Part shown: positions 1 to 9,579 of the stretch, piece after piece
Numbering within the stretch: the stretch's first letter is position 1
Layout of the letters: each line of letters begins with the position of its first letter
Assembly: GCA_963807765.1 (NCBI GenBank)
Contig: CAWECV010000002.1
Location: 777,436-841,435, forward strand
Reading direction: 5' to 3'
DNA length: 64,000 nucleotides
Origin: an uncultured Acidobacteriota bacterium
GTDB taxonomy: Bacteria > Acidobacteriota > Terriglobia > Acidiferrales > UBA7541
The notes under the pieces: model-generated
Databases searched by the model: none
What the model was told of the DNA's origin: nothing
What the model saw: the letters and a program-made list of their open reading frames with translations, nothing else
Translations under genes and position numbers: made by a program

Positions 1-198
1 GCCTTGACTGGCAAACGAGAGGTTTACTGGGGTAGCCGGAGCGGCGAGGCCCGGATTTATCGCTGGGAATCTCTTCAACCCGGGAATCGCGTGGAAGGTT
101 GTGCGATTCTGGAGGGCGCGAGTACGACGTATTTCGTGTCCGAAGGATGGACGATGGTGCTGGACGGCTTCGGAAACGGAGATTTAAGCCGCAGCTAG
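1..198 (+). CDS. hydantoinase A/oxoprolinase-family (HyuA-type) subunit, C-terminal fragment; 5' end lies upstream of the window
   Basis: The open frame enters from the window edge. Its last ~60 aa (..VYWGS..LQPGNRVEGCAILEGASTTYFV..) parallel the C-terminus of the full-length HyuA-type protein at 624..2744 (..VYWPE..LRPGNVVEGPAVIEGEYTTVVV..). Confidence 0.65.
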   Translation, partial: ALTGKREVYWGSRSGEARIYRWESLQPGNRVEGCAILEGASTTYFVSEGWTMVLDGFGNGDLSRS

Positions 199-240
199 TT
201 GCTACAATCGCTTCGAAGCTCGATTCAAATGGGAAATTAA

Positions 241-627
241 ATGCCAGCGAAATCGCAAAATTGGATTCGAATCACCGAGCACCTTGACCTCGACCTCGAC
301 CGCGAGGAATGGCGATGCAATCGCTGTGGGCGCGTACTCGGGCCCGCGCGCGAAAACTATAAAAAGGGCTGCCTCGTTTACGATCGTGACCCGCGCGAGA
401 TTCATCCGCCAATTGTTTCAGGCTCCTTCAGCTTTTCTCCGGATCCGCTCTGGGTCCGCATCGTCGAGTTCTACTGCCCCGGCTGCGGCACTCAGATTGA
501 GACGGAATATCTGCCGCCCGGCCATCCCATCACGAATGACATCGAAATCGATCTCGACAAATTGAAAGACCGCCTCCGGAAAGGCGAATTTGTGATTCGC
601 GGTCAGCGCCTCGAGGCTGCCGAATGA
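241..627 (+). CDS. small Zn-binding subunit resembling acetone/acetophenone carboxylase gamma subunit
   Basis: 128-aa ORF with two CxxC pairs (CNRCG, CPGCG) and the size and layout of the Acetone_carb_G family. Its stop overlaps the next start (ATGA at 624-627). Confidence 0.75.
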   Translation: MPAKSQNWIRITEHLDLDLDREEWRCNRCGRVLGPARENYKKGCLVYDRDPREIHPPIVSGSFSFSPDPLWVRIVEFYCPGCGTQIETEYLPPGHPITNDIEIDLDKLKDRLRKGEFVIRGQRLEAAE

Positions 628-2744
628 ATTCAATCGACATCGACGTCGGCGGAACATTCACCGACTTGGTCCTTCATTTCGGCGGCCAGACGCTGATCAA
701 GAAAGTTTCAACGACGCCCTATGACCTTTCGGTTTGTTTCTCGCGCGTCATCGAGGAAGGCGCGAAGTCGCTCGGATTGAAAACCGAAGAGCTTTTGCCG
801 GGCATCGACATGATCCGCTATTCGACTACGATCGCGATGAACCGGCTCATCGAACGCAGAGGGCCGCGTCTCGGGCTGATTACCACAGAAGGCCACGAGG
901 ATGTGGTTCTGATCGGCCGGGGCGCGCAATGGATTGATGGGACGCGCGTCGCCGAGCGCCGCAATCTTGCCATTCAGCGCAAACCCGAGCCCTTGATTCC
1001 GCGCGACATGATCGTCGGCGTGAAGGAGCGCGTGGATTCGCGCGGCAACGTGATCCGCTCGCTCGACGAGAACAACGTGCGTGAGAAAGTGCGCTATCTC
1101 GTCTCGCGCGGCGCGCGCGGCTTTGTCGTCTCGTTTCTCTGGGGCTTCTTGAATCCCATTCACGAGCGGCGCGTGAAGGAAATCATCCGCGACGAGTACA
1201 AGGAATTTCACATCGGCTACTTGCCGGTCGTTCTCGCAGGACAAGTCGTCGGCAAGCTCGGCGAATACGAAAGGACTCTCGCCGCGATTCTTGATGCCTA
1301 TCTTCAGCGCTCAATGCAGATCGAACTCTCCGCGATGTGGGACAAGCTCCGCGAGCGCGGCTACACGCGGCCATTGCTCATGATTCAGAGCTCCGGCGGC
1401 ATCGCGGAGGTGTTTCGCACAACCGCCAGCCGCACGTTCAACAGCGGCCCGGTTTCCGGCCTGATGGGCGCGCACCACGTCGCACAGTCGCTCGGCTACC
1501 AGAACGTGGTGATGTCCGACATGGGCGGCACGAGCTTCGACGTCGGCCTCGTCGTGAAAGACAGCGTCCGCAGCTACGATTTTCGACCGATCATCGATCG
1601 CTGGATGGTTGGAATCACGATGATCAAGACGCTTTCGATTGGCGCCGGCGGCGGCTCGATCGCTTCGATCAACAAGCTGCTGCAGAATCGCGTTCAAGTC
1701 GGCCCGCGCAGCGCCGGTTCGATGCCAGGACCCGCATGCTTCAATCTCGGCGGGACGGATCCGACCGTAACCGACGCGGACGTCGTCCTCGGCTATATCA
1801 ATCCCGATTACTACTTCGGCGGCAAGATGCGACTCGAGAAAAATCGGTCGATTCAGGCGATTCGCGAGAAAATTGCCGAGCCACTCGGCGTAAGCGTCGA
1901 AGAAGCCGCGGAAATCATCCGCAAGATTGTGAACGGCAACATGTCGTCCGCCATCATGAAAGAAGTCCACTTGCGCGGGCACAGTCCCGAAGAATTCATT
2001 TTGTTTGTCGGTGGCGGCGCAGGGCCGACGCATGCCGAGGGCTTCAAGGGCGACATTCCGAAGGCGGTTACGTTTCCGTTTTCACCTGTGTTTTGCGCGT
2101 TCGGCTCGTCCACAATGGACATCATGCATGTCTACGAGGCGTCGAAAAAGCTCACGCTGTTGACGCCCGGAAGCCAGCAAGTGACGGACGAGTACGCCAT
2201 TTTCAATCACACCGTCCAATCGCTGCTCGAGCAGGCGCGCAAGGATCTTGTCGGCGACGGACTCGATCCGGCCCACGCCGCCTTCGTGCTTGAATTGGAC
2301 ATGCTCTACGGCGGACAGTTCCACGTGAAACGCGCGCTTTCGCCGCGAATGGAGCTCGCGAGCCGCGACGATGTTCTGGCCATCTGCGAGGCGTTCAAGA
2401 AAGAGTTCAGCGAAGCATTCAGCCCGTTCGTGGTGAACCCCGAAGGCGGCGTGTTCATCGAAAGTTTCATCCTCAAGGCCATCGTGCCAACGAAAAAAGT
2501 GCAATTGCCGACGATGAAGCTCGAGGGGGCGAACCCGTTCGCGGCTCGAAAAGGCGAACGCCCCGTCTATTGGCCCGAGGCGAAAGATTTTCGCACGACG
2601 CCAACATTCAGCTACGAAGCGTTGCGGCCGGGAAACGTCGTCGAGGGCCCGGCCGTAATCGAAGGCGAATATACGACCGTCGTCGTGCCGCCGCCGCTTC
2701 ATTTTCGAATTGACGAACGCGGACTTGGTATTCTGGAAGCCTGA
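624..2744 (+). CDS. hydantoinase A/oxoprolinase-family ATPase subunit (HyuA-type; acetone/acetophenone carboxylase-like)
   Basis: 706-aa ORF. It has the N-terminal IDVGGTFTD and central DMGGTSFDV sugar-kinase-fold ATPase motifs typical of Hydant_A_N/Hydantoinase_A proteins. Confidence 0.9.
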   Translation: MNSIDIDVGGTFTDLVLHFGGQTLIKKVSTTPYDLSVCFSRVIEEGAKSLGLKTEELLPGIDMIRYSTTIAMNRLIERRGPRLGLITTEGHEDVVLIGRGAQWIDGTRVAERRNLAIQRKPEPLIPRDMIVGVKERVDSRGNVIRSLDENNVREKVRYLVSRGARGFVVSFLWGFLNPIHERRVKEIIRDEYKEFHIGYLPVVLAGQVVGKLGEYERTLAAILDAYLQRSMQIELSAMWDKLRERGYTRPLLMIQSSGGIAEVFRTTASRTFNSGPVSGLMGAHHVAQSLGYQNVVMSDMGGTSFDVGLVVKDSVRSYDFRPIIDRWMVGITMIKTLSIGAGGGSIASINKLLQNRVQVGPRSAGSMPGPACFNLGGTDPTVTDADVVLGYINPDYYFGGKMRLEKNRSIQAIREKIAEPLGVSVEEAAEIIRKIVNGNMSSAIMKEVHLRGHSPEEFILFVGGGAGPTHAEGFKGDIPKAVTFPFSPVFCAFGSSTMDIMHVYEASKKLTLLTPGSQQVTDEYAIFNHTVQSLLEQARKDLVGDGLDPAHAAFVLELDMLYGGQFHVKRALSPRMELASRDDVLAICEAFKKEFSEAFSPFVVNPEGGVFIESFILKAIVPTKKVQLPTMKLEGANPFAARKGERPVYWPEAKDFRTTPTFSYEALRPGNVVEGPAVIEGEYTTVVVPPPLHFRIDERGLGILEA

Positions 2745-2770
2745 GCGCGCCGAGCGGTAGAAGGAGAGCT

Positions 2771-4831
2771 ATGCCGATTCCCACACTCGCGGAAAAACTG
2801 GAATGGCTGAAGCCGGCTCCGTCATCACCATATGAAAAAGAGTGCGCCGCCAAGGTGCGGCAAGGCGATTATGAAATCGGCGTTCAGATTACGAACGACA
2901 TACTCGACGAAGCGATGGAAGTGTTCGTCCGATCGTCACGCAGCTATTTCGGAGTTTCCGGCGATTCCATGGTGGCCATTTTTAGCGCGAATGGCGACTT
3001 GATCAACGCATCCTGCGGCACCTATCTGCATGCCATCATTCAGCCGATCGTAATCAAATTCATTCAGAAGTATTACAGGGACAACCCCGGAATTCGCGAG
3101 GGCGACATTTGGTATACGAACGACGCTCTTTACGGCGGCATCCACAATCCCGATCAGGTCGCATTAATGCCGATTTACTACAAAGGGCAGCTCCTCGCGT
3201 GGGCCTCTGCCGCGCTGCACACCACGGAAACCGGAGCGATCGAGCCCGGAGGCATGCCTGTAAGCGCGCGTTCGCGTTTCGAGGAAGGACTGAATCTTCC
3301 TCCCATCAAAATTGGGGAGAACTTCGAGCTGCGGAATGACTTTCTCGAGTTCTACTCGGTCTATGGCCTTCGCGCGCCGGCGATGTTCATTTCCGATCTT
3401 CGCGCGCGCTGCACCACGGCCGATCGTGTTCGAATTCGCATGATTGAGCTTGCGGAAAAGCGCGGGCCGGATTTCGTCGTCGGCCTGCTGCGCAAAATGT
3501 GCGACACCGCCGAGGAAGGCGCGCGAAAGAAAATCGAGGCGCTGCCTGACGGAAAATTTCGCGCCGTGGTCTTCAACGATGCGATTGGATGGACGCCCGC
3601 GCTCGTGCGCGCCTGCAACCTGACTCTCATCAAGGAAGGCGGCAAGCTCACGTTTGACTTCCATGGCACGTCGCCCGAGAATCCTTCGTCTTACAACGTC
3701 CATCCACAGGCCGTCGTCGGGCACATCGCGAATTTCATGTACGAGTACATCTTTCACGACCTTCCGATTTGCAGCACCACGTTCGCGCCGATCGATTTCG
3801 TCTTTCCCGAAGGCATCATCCTGAATCCCGACAAAATGGCGGCGACCAGTTGCTGCGTCTTCATCGGCATGCAGGCGCGCTGCGCCACCCATAATGCGTT
3901 TGCGAAAATGGCGTTTTCGAGCGCAGAGCTTTGGCGCCAGATCGCCGCGGCGCCCGGCAGCCAGCATACTTCGCAAATCTGCGCGGGGCTTTCGCAATGG
4001 AAGCTCGCGGTCGCCGACGTTCTTTCATTTTCGCTCAACACCATGGGACAGGGCGGCCGCGCTTCGAGCGACGGCATGGACGCATACGGTTTCGCGTGGT
4101 GCGCGTTCGGCCGCGCGCCCGATTCTGAACAAGTAGAAAGCGAGTTGCCGTTGACAGTGACGCTCTCGCAGCACTGGAAGGATTCCTGCGGCCACGGCCT
4201 CCATCGCGGCGGCGCCGGCGGCGTGCAACAATGGATGATTCACAAAATGCCGAATCTTGTTTCCATGTGCATGGGCAACGGCAGCAAGGTGCCGCTGGGC
4301 CAGCCGCTCTTCGGCGGTTACGCATCCGCGCCGATTCCCGGCATCAGCATTCGCAAATCGGATTTGCTGGCGAGAATGCAAGAGGGCGATTCGAGCGTCT
4401 CGCTCGATCACCGCGATATCCTGGAAAACGGCACAATTCACGGCAATTGGAATTTCGAGCTCGTTGCGCGCACGCCCAAGGTGTATGAAGAAGGCGACTT
4501 GCTTTTCGGATTCAGCGGCGGCGGGCCGGGCTACGGGGATCCCCTGGAACGCGATCCGCTGGAAATTCTTGATGACTTGCGCAAAAACATCATTTCGGAC
4601 TGGACGGCGCGAAATATTTACCGGGTCGCGTACGATCCAGAGCGCCGCAAGCTCGATGCCGAGAAGACCAAACAACTGCGCGACGCCGAACGACAGGCGC
4701 GCCTTGCTCGCGGAAAGTCCTTTGATGAGTTTGCAGCCGACTGGAATAAGCAAAGCCCGCCGACAGAAATCTTGCAGTGGTATGGCTCCTGGCCCGACGC
4801 TAAACCGCTCGGCCCCGTTTTCCGCCCTTGA
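2771..4831 (+). CDS. hydantoinase B/oxoprolinase-family subunit (HyuB-type)
   Basis: 686-aa ORF with HyuB-like blocks (GDIWYTNDALYGGIHNPD, GGAGGV...). It follows the HyuA gene after a 26-nt gap. Confidence 0.85.
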   Translation: MPIPTLAEKLEWLKPAPSSPYEKECAAKVRQGDYEIGVQITNDILDEAMEVFVRSSRSYFGVSGDSMVAIFSANGDLINASCGTYLHAIIQPIVIKFIQKYYRDNPGIREGDIWYTNDALYGGIHNPDQVALMPIYYKGQLLAWASAALHTTETGAIEPGGMPVSARSRFEEGLNLPPIKIGENFELRNDFLEFYSVYGLRAPAMFISDLRARCTTADRVRIRMIELAEKRGPDFVVGLLRKMCDTAEEGARKKIEALPDGKFRAVVFNDAIGWTPALVRACNLTLIKEGGKLTFDFHGTSPENPSSYNVHPQAVVGHIANFMYEYIFHDLPICSTTFAPIDFVFPEGIILNPDKMAATSCCVFIGMQARCATHNAFAKMAFSSAELWRQIAAAPGSQHTSQICAGLSQWKLAVADVLSFSLNTMGQGGRASSDGMDAYGFAWCAFGRAPDSEQVESELPLTVTLSQHWKDSCGHGLHRGGAGGVQQWMIHKMPNLVSMCMGNGSKVPLGQPLFGGYASAPIPGISIRKSDLLARMQEGDSSVSLDHRDILENGTIHGNWNFELVARTPKVYEEGDLLFGFSGGGPGYGDPLERDPLEILDDLRKNIISDWTARNIYRVAYDPERRKLDAEKTKQLRDAERQARLARGKSFDEFAADWNKQSPPTEILQWYGSWPDAKPLGPVFRP

Positions 4832-4834
4832 ACG

Positions 4835-5854
4835 ATGACTGAAAACATCACTCCGCGCCAAGCCGTCAAAGACCTGCTGCAAGGGATTGCGCCACAGAGC
4901 CCTCTTTTTCTCCCGATTGTCTTTTCTCTCGGCGCCCGCATCGAAAACCTTTCCTTGCGCAGCTTTCTGTCGAATCCAACGAAGATATCGAATTCTTTAC
5001 GTCAGATTCGCGCTCGCGCGCGTTCCGAAGGAATTACGTGCTACTGCGATCCGTATCTTGAAGCTCAGGCGCTCGGCGCGGTGGTCGACTGGGAATCCGA
5101 CGACCGTCCTCGCGGTGTGCGCTGGCCCGATGCCCGCCCAGGCGCCGATATTTCAAGCAGGTTGTCGTCCCCCGATGACGCCGCGAAATCGCAAGGTGTA
5201 GTCGCCGGAGTCGAAGTGATTCGCCGGCTGAAATCTCTGGTTCGAGACGGCACGCTTTTGACCGCATGCGTCACCGGACCGCGCACTCTCGTTTCGCTCG
5301 TTGTGAATGAAAATGAATCCGCTGCCGCGCAATCCGCGGCCAGCCGTGGCTCAAATGTTGAATTCGCCGCCGCGGTGGTATCACGAATCGCTTCAGCATT
5401 CGCCGAAGCTGGCGCAAACGCTGTCTTTATTCGCGAGGATGTCCTGCCGGCCGATTCTCCCGAAGCGTTCTCAAACTGGTTGCGAGCGCTCGCGACCGCA
5501 ATCAACATTATCCGATTCTATGAAGCGCTTCCGGTTCTTGTGGTCACGAATCCTGGCGTCACGACCGCCAAACGCGCCGAACTGCTCAATCAGCTTAAAG
5601 ATTGTGTGGTTTGCTTCGTATTGGGAGAGAGTGCGGGGGCCGAGACGCCGGGAAGCGCCAAGGTCGCATCATCGCGCGCTGGCCTCGCGCTGCCTCCGGA
5701 ATTATTCGACCCAGCAGGGCCCGCCTCGAACAATGAAAACCTGCGTCAACTTATTGCCGAGCAGCGTCCGGCGCTCATTACTACCGCGGGCGACGTTCCA
5801 CCTACCGCCGACGTGAAGCGCTTGAATCAGGTATGGGAAATCCTGCATTGTTGA
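4835..5854 (+). CDS. uroporphyrinogen-decarboxylase (URO-D/MtaA)-fold protein of unknown role, possible accessory subunit
   Basis: 339-aa ORF starting 3 nt after the HyuB stop. The N-terminal third resembles MtaA/URO-D family proteins (..PLFLPIVFSLGARI...DPYLEAQALGAVVDW..). Confidence 0.55.
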   Translation: MTENITPRQAVKDLLQGIAPQSPLFLPIVFSLGARIENLSLRSFLSNPTKISNSLRQIRARARSEGITCYCDPYLEAQALGAVVDWESDDRPRGVRWPDARPGADISSRLSSPDDAAKSQGVVAGVEVIRRLKSLVRDGTLLTACVTGPRTLVSLVVNENESAAAQSAASRGSNVEFAAAVVSRIASAFAEAGANAVFIREDVLPADSPEAFSNWLRALATAINIIRFYEALPVLVVTNPGVTTAKRAELLNQLKDCVVCFVLGESAGAETPGSAKVASSRAGLALPPELFDPAGPASNNENLRQLIAEQRPALITTAGDVPPTADVKRLNQVWEILHC

Positions 5855-5870
5855 TGCAGTAGAGCGATCG

Positions 5871-7811
5871 ATGAGCCAGTCGAGTCAGCCACGGGAACAC
5901 GGCGGCGCAGCCGCCAGCTCGCGCTATCGTGGAACGCATCGGCAAGAGGCCAGCGCGAAAACGAGTGAGCGCGTGCGACCGGTTCGTCTGCGCACGTCTG
6001 GCGTCACCTTGCATCGCGGCGCCGATGGCTCGTTTCTGATCCGGCCCAATGAGCCGCTGCGTCCTTATCCCAAAGTTCTTACCGATCGCGTGATGCATTG
6101 GGCTCGCGTCGCGCCGAATCGTTGCTGCATCGCGAAACGCGATTCGAATGGCGAATGGCGGCGGTTTACCTACTCGGAAGTGATGGATTCAGCCCGGCGT
6201 ATCGGCCAGGCGCTGCTCGATCGCAATCTTTCAATCGAACGTCCGGTGACTATTCTTTCGGAGAACGATCTCGAGCATTTTTTGTTGATGCTCGCGGGCC
6301 AACACGTTGGGATTCCGACCGCGCACCTCTCGCCGGTGTATTCTCTCGTCTCGCGCGATTTTGCAAAGTTGCGGCATGCTCTGAAACTGCTCACGCCGGG
6401 CCTTGTGTTTGTCTCGGACGGCGCGCGTTATCGCCGCGCAATCGAGGCCTCTGTAGACGCGGCAACGGAACTGGTCGTCGGGCAAAATCCGCCGCCGCGC
6501 TCGAACACCTCTCTCTTCGCTGATTTGCTCAAGGCCGAGCCGACATCCGATGTGGATCGCGCTCACGGAGGCATCGATCCCGATGCGCCTGCAAAATTTC
6601 TCTTCACATCCGGCTCTACTGCCGCGCCAAAGGGCGTCATCAACACGCATCGAATGATTTGCAGCAACCTCGAGATGATCGCTCAGGTTTTTGGCTTCCT
6701 CGAAGACAAGCCGCCGGTGATCGTCGATTGGCTGCCGTGGAACCACACCTTTGGCGGAAACCACAACATCGGAATCTCCCTCTACAACGGCGGCACTTTC
6801 TATATTGACGACGGCAAACCCGGCGCAGGATTTATCGATGAAACAATCCGCAATCTGCGCGAAATCTCGCCCACTGTGTACTTCAACGTGCCGAAGGGGT
6901 ACGAAGACCTCCTCCCCGCCCTGAATTCCGATTCCGCGTTGCGTCGCAATTTTTTCCGCGACCTCGATCTTCTCTTTTACGCGGGCGCCGGGCTCTCGCA
7001 GCCCGTCTGGGACGCATATCGAAATCTCGCTATCGAATCGTGCGGCGAGCGCATCATTATGGTGACGGGGCTCGGCGCAACCGAAACCGCCCCAATGGCG
7101 ATTCAGACGACCTGGGAGACGCATTACGCCGGCGTCATCGGGTTGCCGATTCCCGGAGTGGAGTTGAAGCTGGTTCCGCGCGATCACAAGCTCGAAGCTC
7201 TGGTTCGCGGCCCGAATATCACTCCCGGCTATTGGCGGCAGCCGGAGCTGACCGCAAAAGTTTTCGACGACGAAGGCTTTTACAAATTCGGCGATGCGGT
7301 GCGCTTCGTCGACCCGTCGGATGTCAGCGAAGGCTTTCTTTTTGACGGACGGTTCTCCGAGGATTTCAAGCTGGCGAGCGGCACATGGGTCAGCGTCGGC
7401 CCGTTGCGCGCGAAGATCCTGGGCCATTTTTCGCCATTTGTTCGCGACGTCGTGATCGCGGGCCACGATCGCGATGAGGTCACAATGCTCGTTTTTGCAG
7501 ACTTGATCGCGTGTTGCTCGCTCGATTGCGGACTTTCATCCGATGCCTCGCCGGCCGAGATACTCCGGCATCCTTCGGTCCGCTCACATTTTCAATCGCT
7601 GCTCGAAGGACTTGCAGCGGGCGCAACCGGCAGCTCGAATCGCGTCGTTCGCGCAATTCTCGTTGAGGAGCCGCCTTCGCTCGATGCCGGCGAAATCACG
7701 GACAAAGGTTCGCTCAACCAGCGAGCGGTGATCGAGCGACGAGCGGCTCTGATCGAACAACTCTACGCAGTTGAGCCGTCTAACACTATTCTGCGCATCA
7801 CGGAGAAGTGA
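5871..7811 (+). CDS. AMP-dependent acyl-CoA synthetase, long feruloyl-CoA-synthetase (Fcs)-like type
   Basis: Carries the AMP-binding P-loop LFTSGSTAAPKGV and a TGLGATE block. The N-terminal region (..LIRPNEPLRPYPKVLTDRVMHWA..WRRFTY..) resembles Pseudomonas-type Fcs from memory. The exact start is uncertain. Confidence 0.85.
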   Translation: MSQSSQPREHGGAAASSRYRGTHRQEASAKTSERVRPVRLRTSGVTLHRGADGSFLIRPNEPLRPYPKVLTDRVMHWARVAPNRCCIAKRDSNGEWRRFTYSEVMDSARRIGQALLDRNLSIERPVTILSENDLEHFLLMLAGQHVGIPTAHLSPVYSLVSRDFAKLRHALKLLTPGLVFVSDGARYRRAIEASVDAATELVVGQNPPPRSNTSLFADLLKAEPTSDVDRAHGGIDPDAPAKFLFTSGSTAAPKGVINTHRMICSNLEMIAQVFGFLEDKPPVIVDWLPWNHTFGGNHNIGISLYNGGTFYIDDGKPGAGFIDETIRNLREISPTVYFNVPKGYEDLLPALNSDSALRRNFFRDLDLLFYAGAGLSQPVWDAYRNLAIESCGERIIMVTGLGATETAPMAIQTTWETHYAGVIGLPIPGVELKLVPRDHKLEALVRGPNITPGYWRQPELTAKVFDDEGFYKFGDAVRFVDPSDVSEGFLFDGRFSEDFKLASGTWVSVGPLRAKILGHFSPFVRDVVIAGHDRDEVTMLVFADLIACCSLDCGLSSDASPAEILRHPSVRSHFQSLLEGLAAGATGSSNRVVRAILVEEPPSLDAGEITDKGSLNQRAVIERRAALIEQLYAVEPSNTILRITEK

Positions 7812-7814
7812 ACA

Positions 7815-9056
7815 ATGTCAGCTTCAGGCGGAATTTTCTGCGAGTACAAGGATACTTGGCTGCTGGATGGCGTGCGCACACCTTTTGCCGACTACAACGG
7901 CGTTCTTGGCCTCGTCTCGCCGATTGATCTTGGCATCAAGGCCGCGCGCGCCGTCTTCGAACGCTCCGGCATCCCTCCCGCGGACGTCGGGTCAGTAATC
8001 GCGGGCAGCGTTGCGCAGGCCAGTTTCGATGCCTACGTTCTGCCGCGTCACGTCGGAATCTATTCGGGCGTTCCGATCGATCGGCCCGCCCTGCTTGTGC
8101 AGCGCGTCTGCGGCACGGGCGTTGAAGCGATTGGTCAGGCCGCCGATGGAATTGCGCTCGGCAAGTTCGAACTCGGCCTTTGCGTCGGCGCGGAATCCAT
8201 GAGCCGGAATCCCATCGCGGCCTACACGCACCGCGGCGGATTCAAGATGGGCCAGGTGGAGTTTAAGGATTTTCTTTGGGAAGCGCTCCTCGATACCGCC
8301 CCGGGCGTCACGATGGGGCAAACGGCCGAGGCCGTGGCAAAAACCTACAAGATCAGCCGCGAAGACGCGGACCGCTTCGCCGAATTGAGCTTTTCGCGCG
8401 CGGTTGCTGCGCAGAAGGCCTGCTTCCTTTCGGGCGAAATTGTCCCGCTCGTGAACGAGAGCTTCGAGTTGCCGGGCTACAAGACTCGCGGAATTCGCCT
8501 CGCGAAAGGCACCGAGAAACTCGAGATCGACACACATATCCGCCCGTCGTCGTTCGAGGTTCTCTCCAAAATTCCTCCGGCGTTCGGCGGCGTACAAACC
8601 GGCGGCAATAGCTCGGCGATCGTCGACGGAGCTGCGGCAGCGCTTGTCGGAAGCGGCGCCTATGCGAAGTCTCGCGGGACTCGTCCACTGGCCCGCGTCG
8701 CAGCAGTTGCGGCGGTGGGCGTCCCTCCCGAAATCATGAGCATTGCCCCGGCCCCCGCGATCCGAAAACTGCTTTCCGGCGCAGGCCTCAGCCTCGATGC
8801 CATCGACCGCTTTGAAATCAACGAAGCGTTCGCCGCGCAATTGATCAGCGTGGAGCGCGAGCTCAAGCTCGATCGCGCGAAACTGAATGTCAACGGCGGC
8901 GCGATCGCCATCGGCCATCCGCTCGCTGCGACGGGCGTCCGGCTTGCCATCACTCTCGCGCGCGAATTACAGCGCTCGAAATTGCGCTACGGCGTCGCGT
9001 CCGCATGTATCGGCGGCGGTCAGGGCATCGCCATGCTCCTCGAAAATCCGCAATAA
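7815..9056 (+). CDS. acetyl-CoA C-acyltransferase (thiolase)
   Basis: Has the active-site Cys region QRVCGTGVEA and C-terminal NGGAIAIGHPLAATG and ACIGGGQGIAM thiolase signatures. Confidence 0.9.
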   Translation: MSASGGIFCEYKDTWLLDGVRTPFADYNGVLGLVSPIDLGIKAARAVFERSGIPPADVGSVIAGSVAQASFDAYVLPRHVGIYSGVPIDRPALLVQRVCGTGVEAIGQAADGIALGKFELGLCVGAESMSRNPIAAYTHRGGFKMGQVEFKDFLWEALLDTAPGVTMGQTAEAVAKTYKISREDADRFAELSFSRAVAAQKACFLSGEIVPLVNESFELPGYKTRGIRLAKGTEKLEIDTHIRPSSFEVLSKIPPAFGGVQTGGNSSAIVDGAAAALVGSGAYAKSRGTRPLARVAAVAAVGVPPEIMSIAPAPAIRKLLSGAGLSLDAIDRFEINEAFAAQLISVERELKLDRAKLNVNGGAIAIGHPLAATGVRLAITLARELQRSKLRYGVASACIGGGQGIAMLLENPQ

Positions 9057-9065
9057 GGCGGCGCG

Positions 9066-9497
9066 ATGCTCGTCAACCGAAAGGAAATTCGCATCGAGTG
9101 GGGAGATTGCGATCCCGGCGGAATCGTCTTCTTCCCCCGCTATTTCGAATATTGCGACGCCTGCACGAACGCTCTGTTCGAGCGCGCCGGCCTTCCGAAG
9201 CCCACGCTCTTCAAATCGTATGGAATCGGCGGCATCCCGCTCGTGGAAGTCCGCGCGCGATTTATGGTGCCGTCGCAATTCGGCGATACGGTCACGGTCG
9301 AGTCAAGCGTTTCGGAATGGGGGCGCAGCAGTTTCTCCGTCCGCCATCACATTTTCAAAGAGGACGTTTTGGCGCTCGAAATATTTGAAAAACGAGTCTG
9401 GGTCGCGCGGCTGGAAGGCGACGTCATTCGATTCAAGGGCCAGCCGATTCCGCAAGAAGTGAAAGATCGATTTTCGCGTTCGACGCCGCCAGCCTGA
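9066..9497 (+). CDS. hotdog-fold acyl-CoA thioesterase, 4-hydroxybenzoyl-CoA thioesterase (Pseudomonas 4HBT) type
   Basis: 143 aa. N-terminal IEWGDCDPGGIVFFPRY matches the GDCDPAGIV catalytic-Asp motif of Pseudomonas-type 4HBT as I remember it. The later SEWGRSSFSVRH block is also similar. Confidence 0.75.
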   Translation: MLVNRKEIRIEWGDCDPGGIVFFPRYFEYCDACTNALFERAGLPKPTLFKSYGIGGIPLVEVRARFMVPSQFGDTVTVESSVSEWGRSSFSVRHHIFKEDVLALEIFEKRVWVARLEGDVIRFKGQPIPQEVKDRFSRSTPPA

Positions 9498-9579
9498 CGC
9501 TGGACCCGCGGCCCTCGATGCGTCGCGGTCGTGGCGAACGCAATTTTGGTTTAGAATTCGTCTTCACACGGAGGACAAA

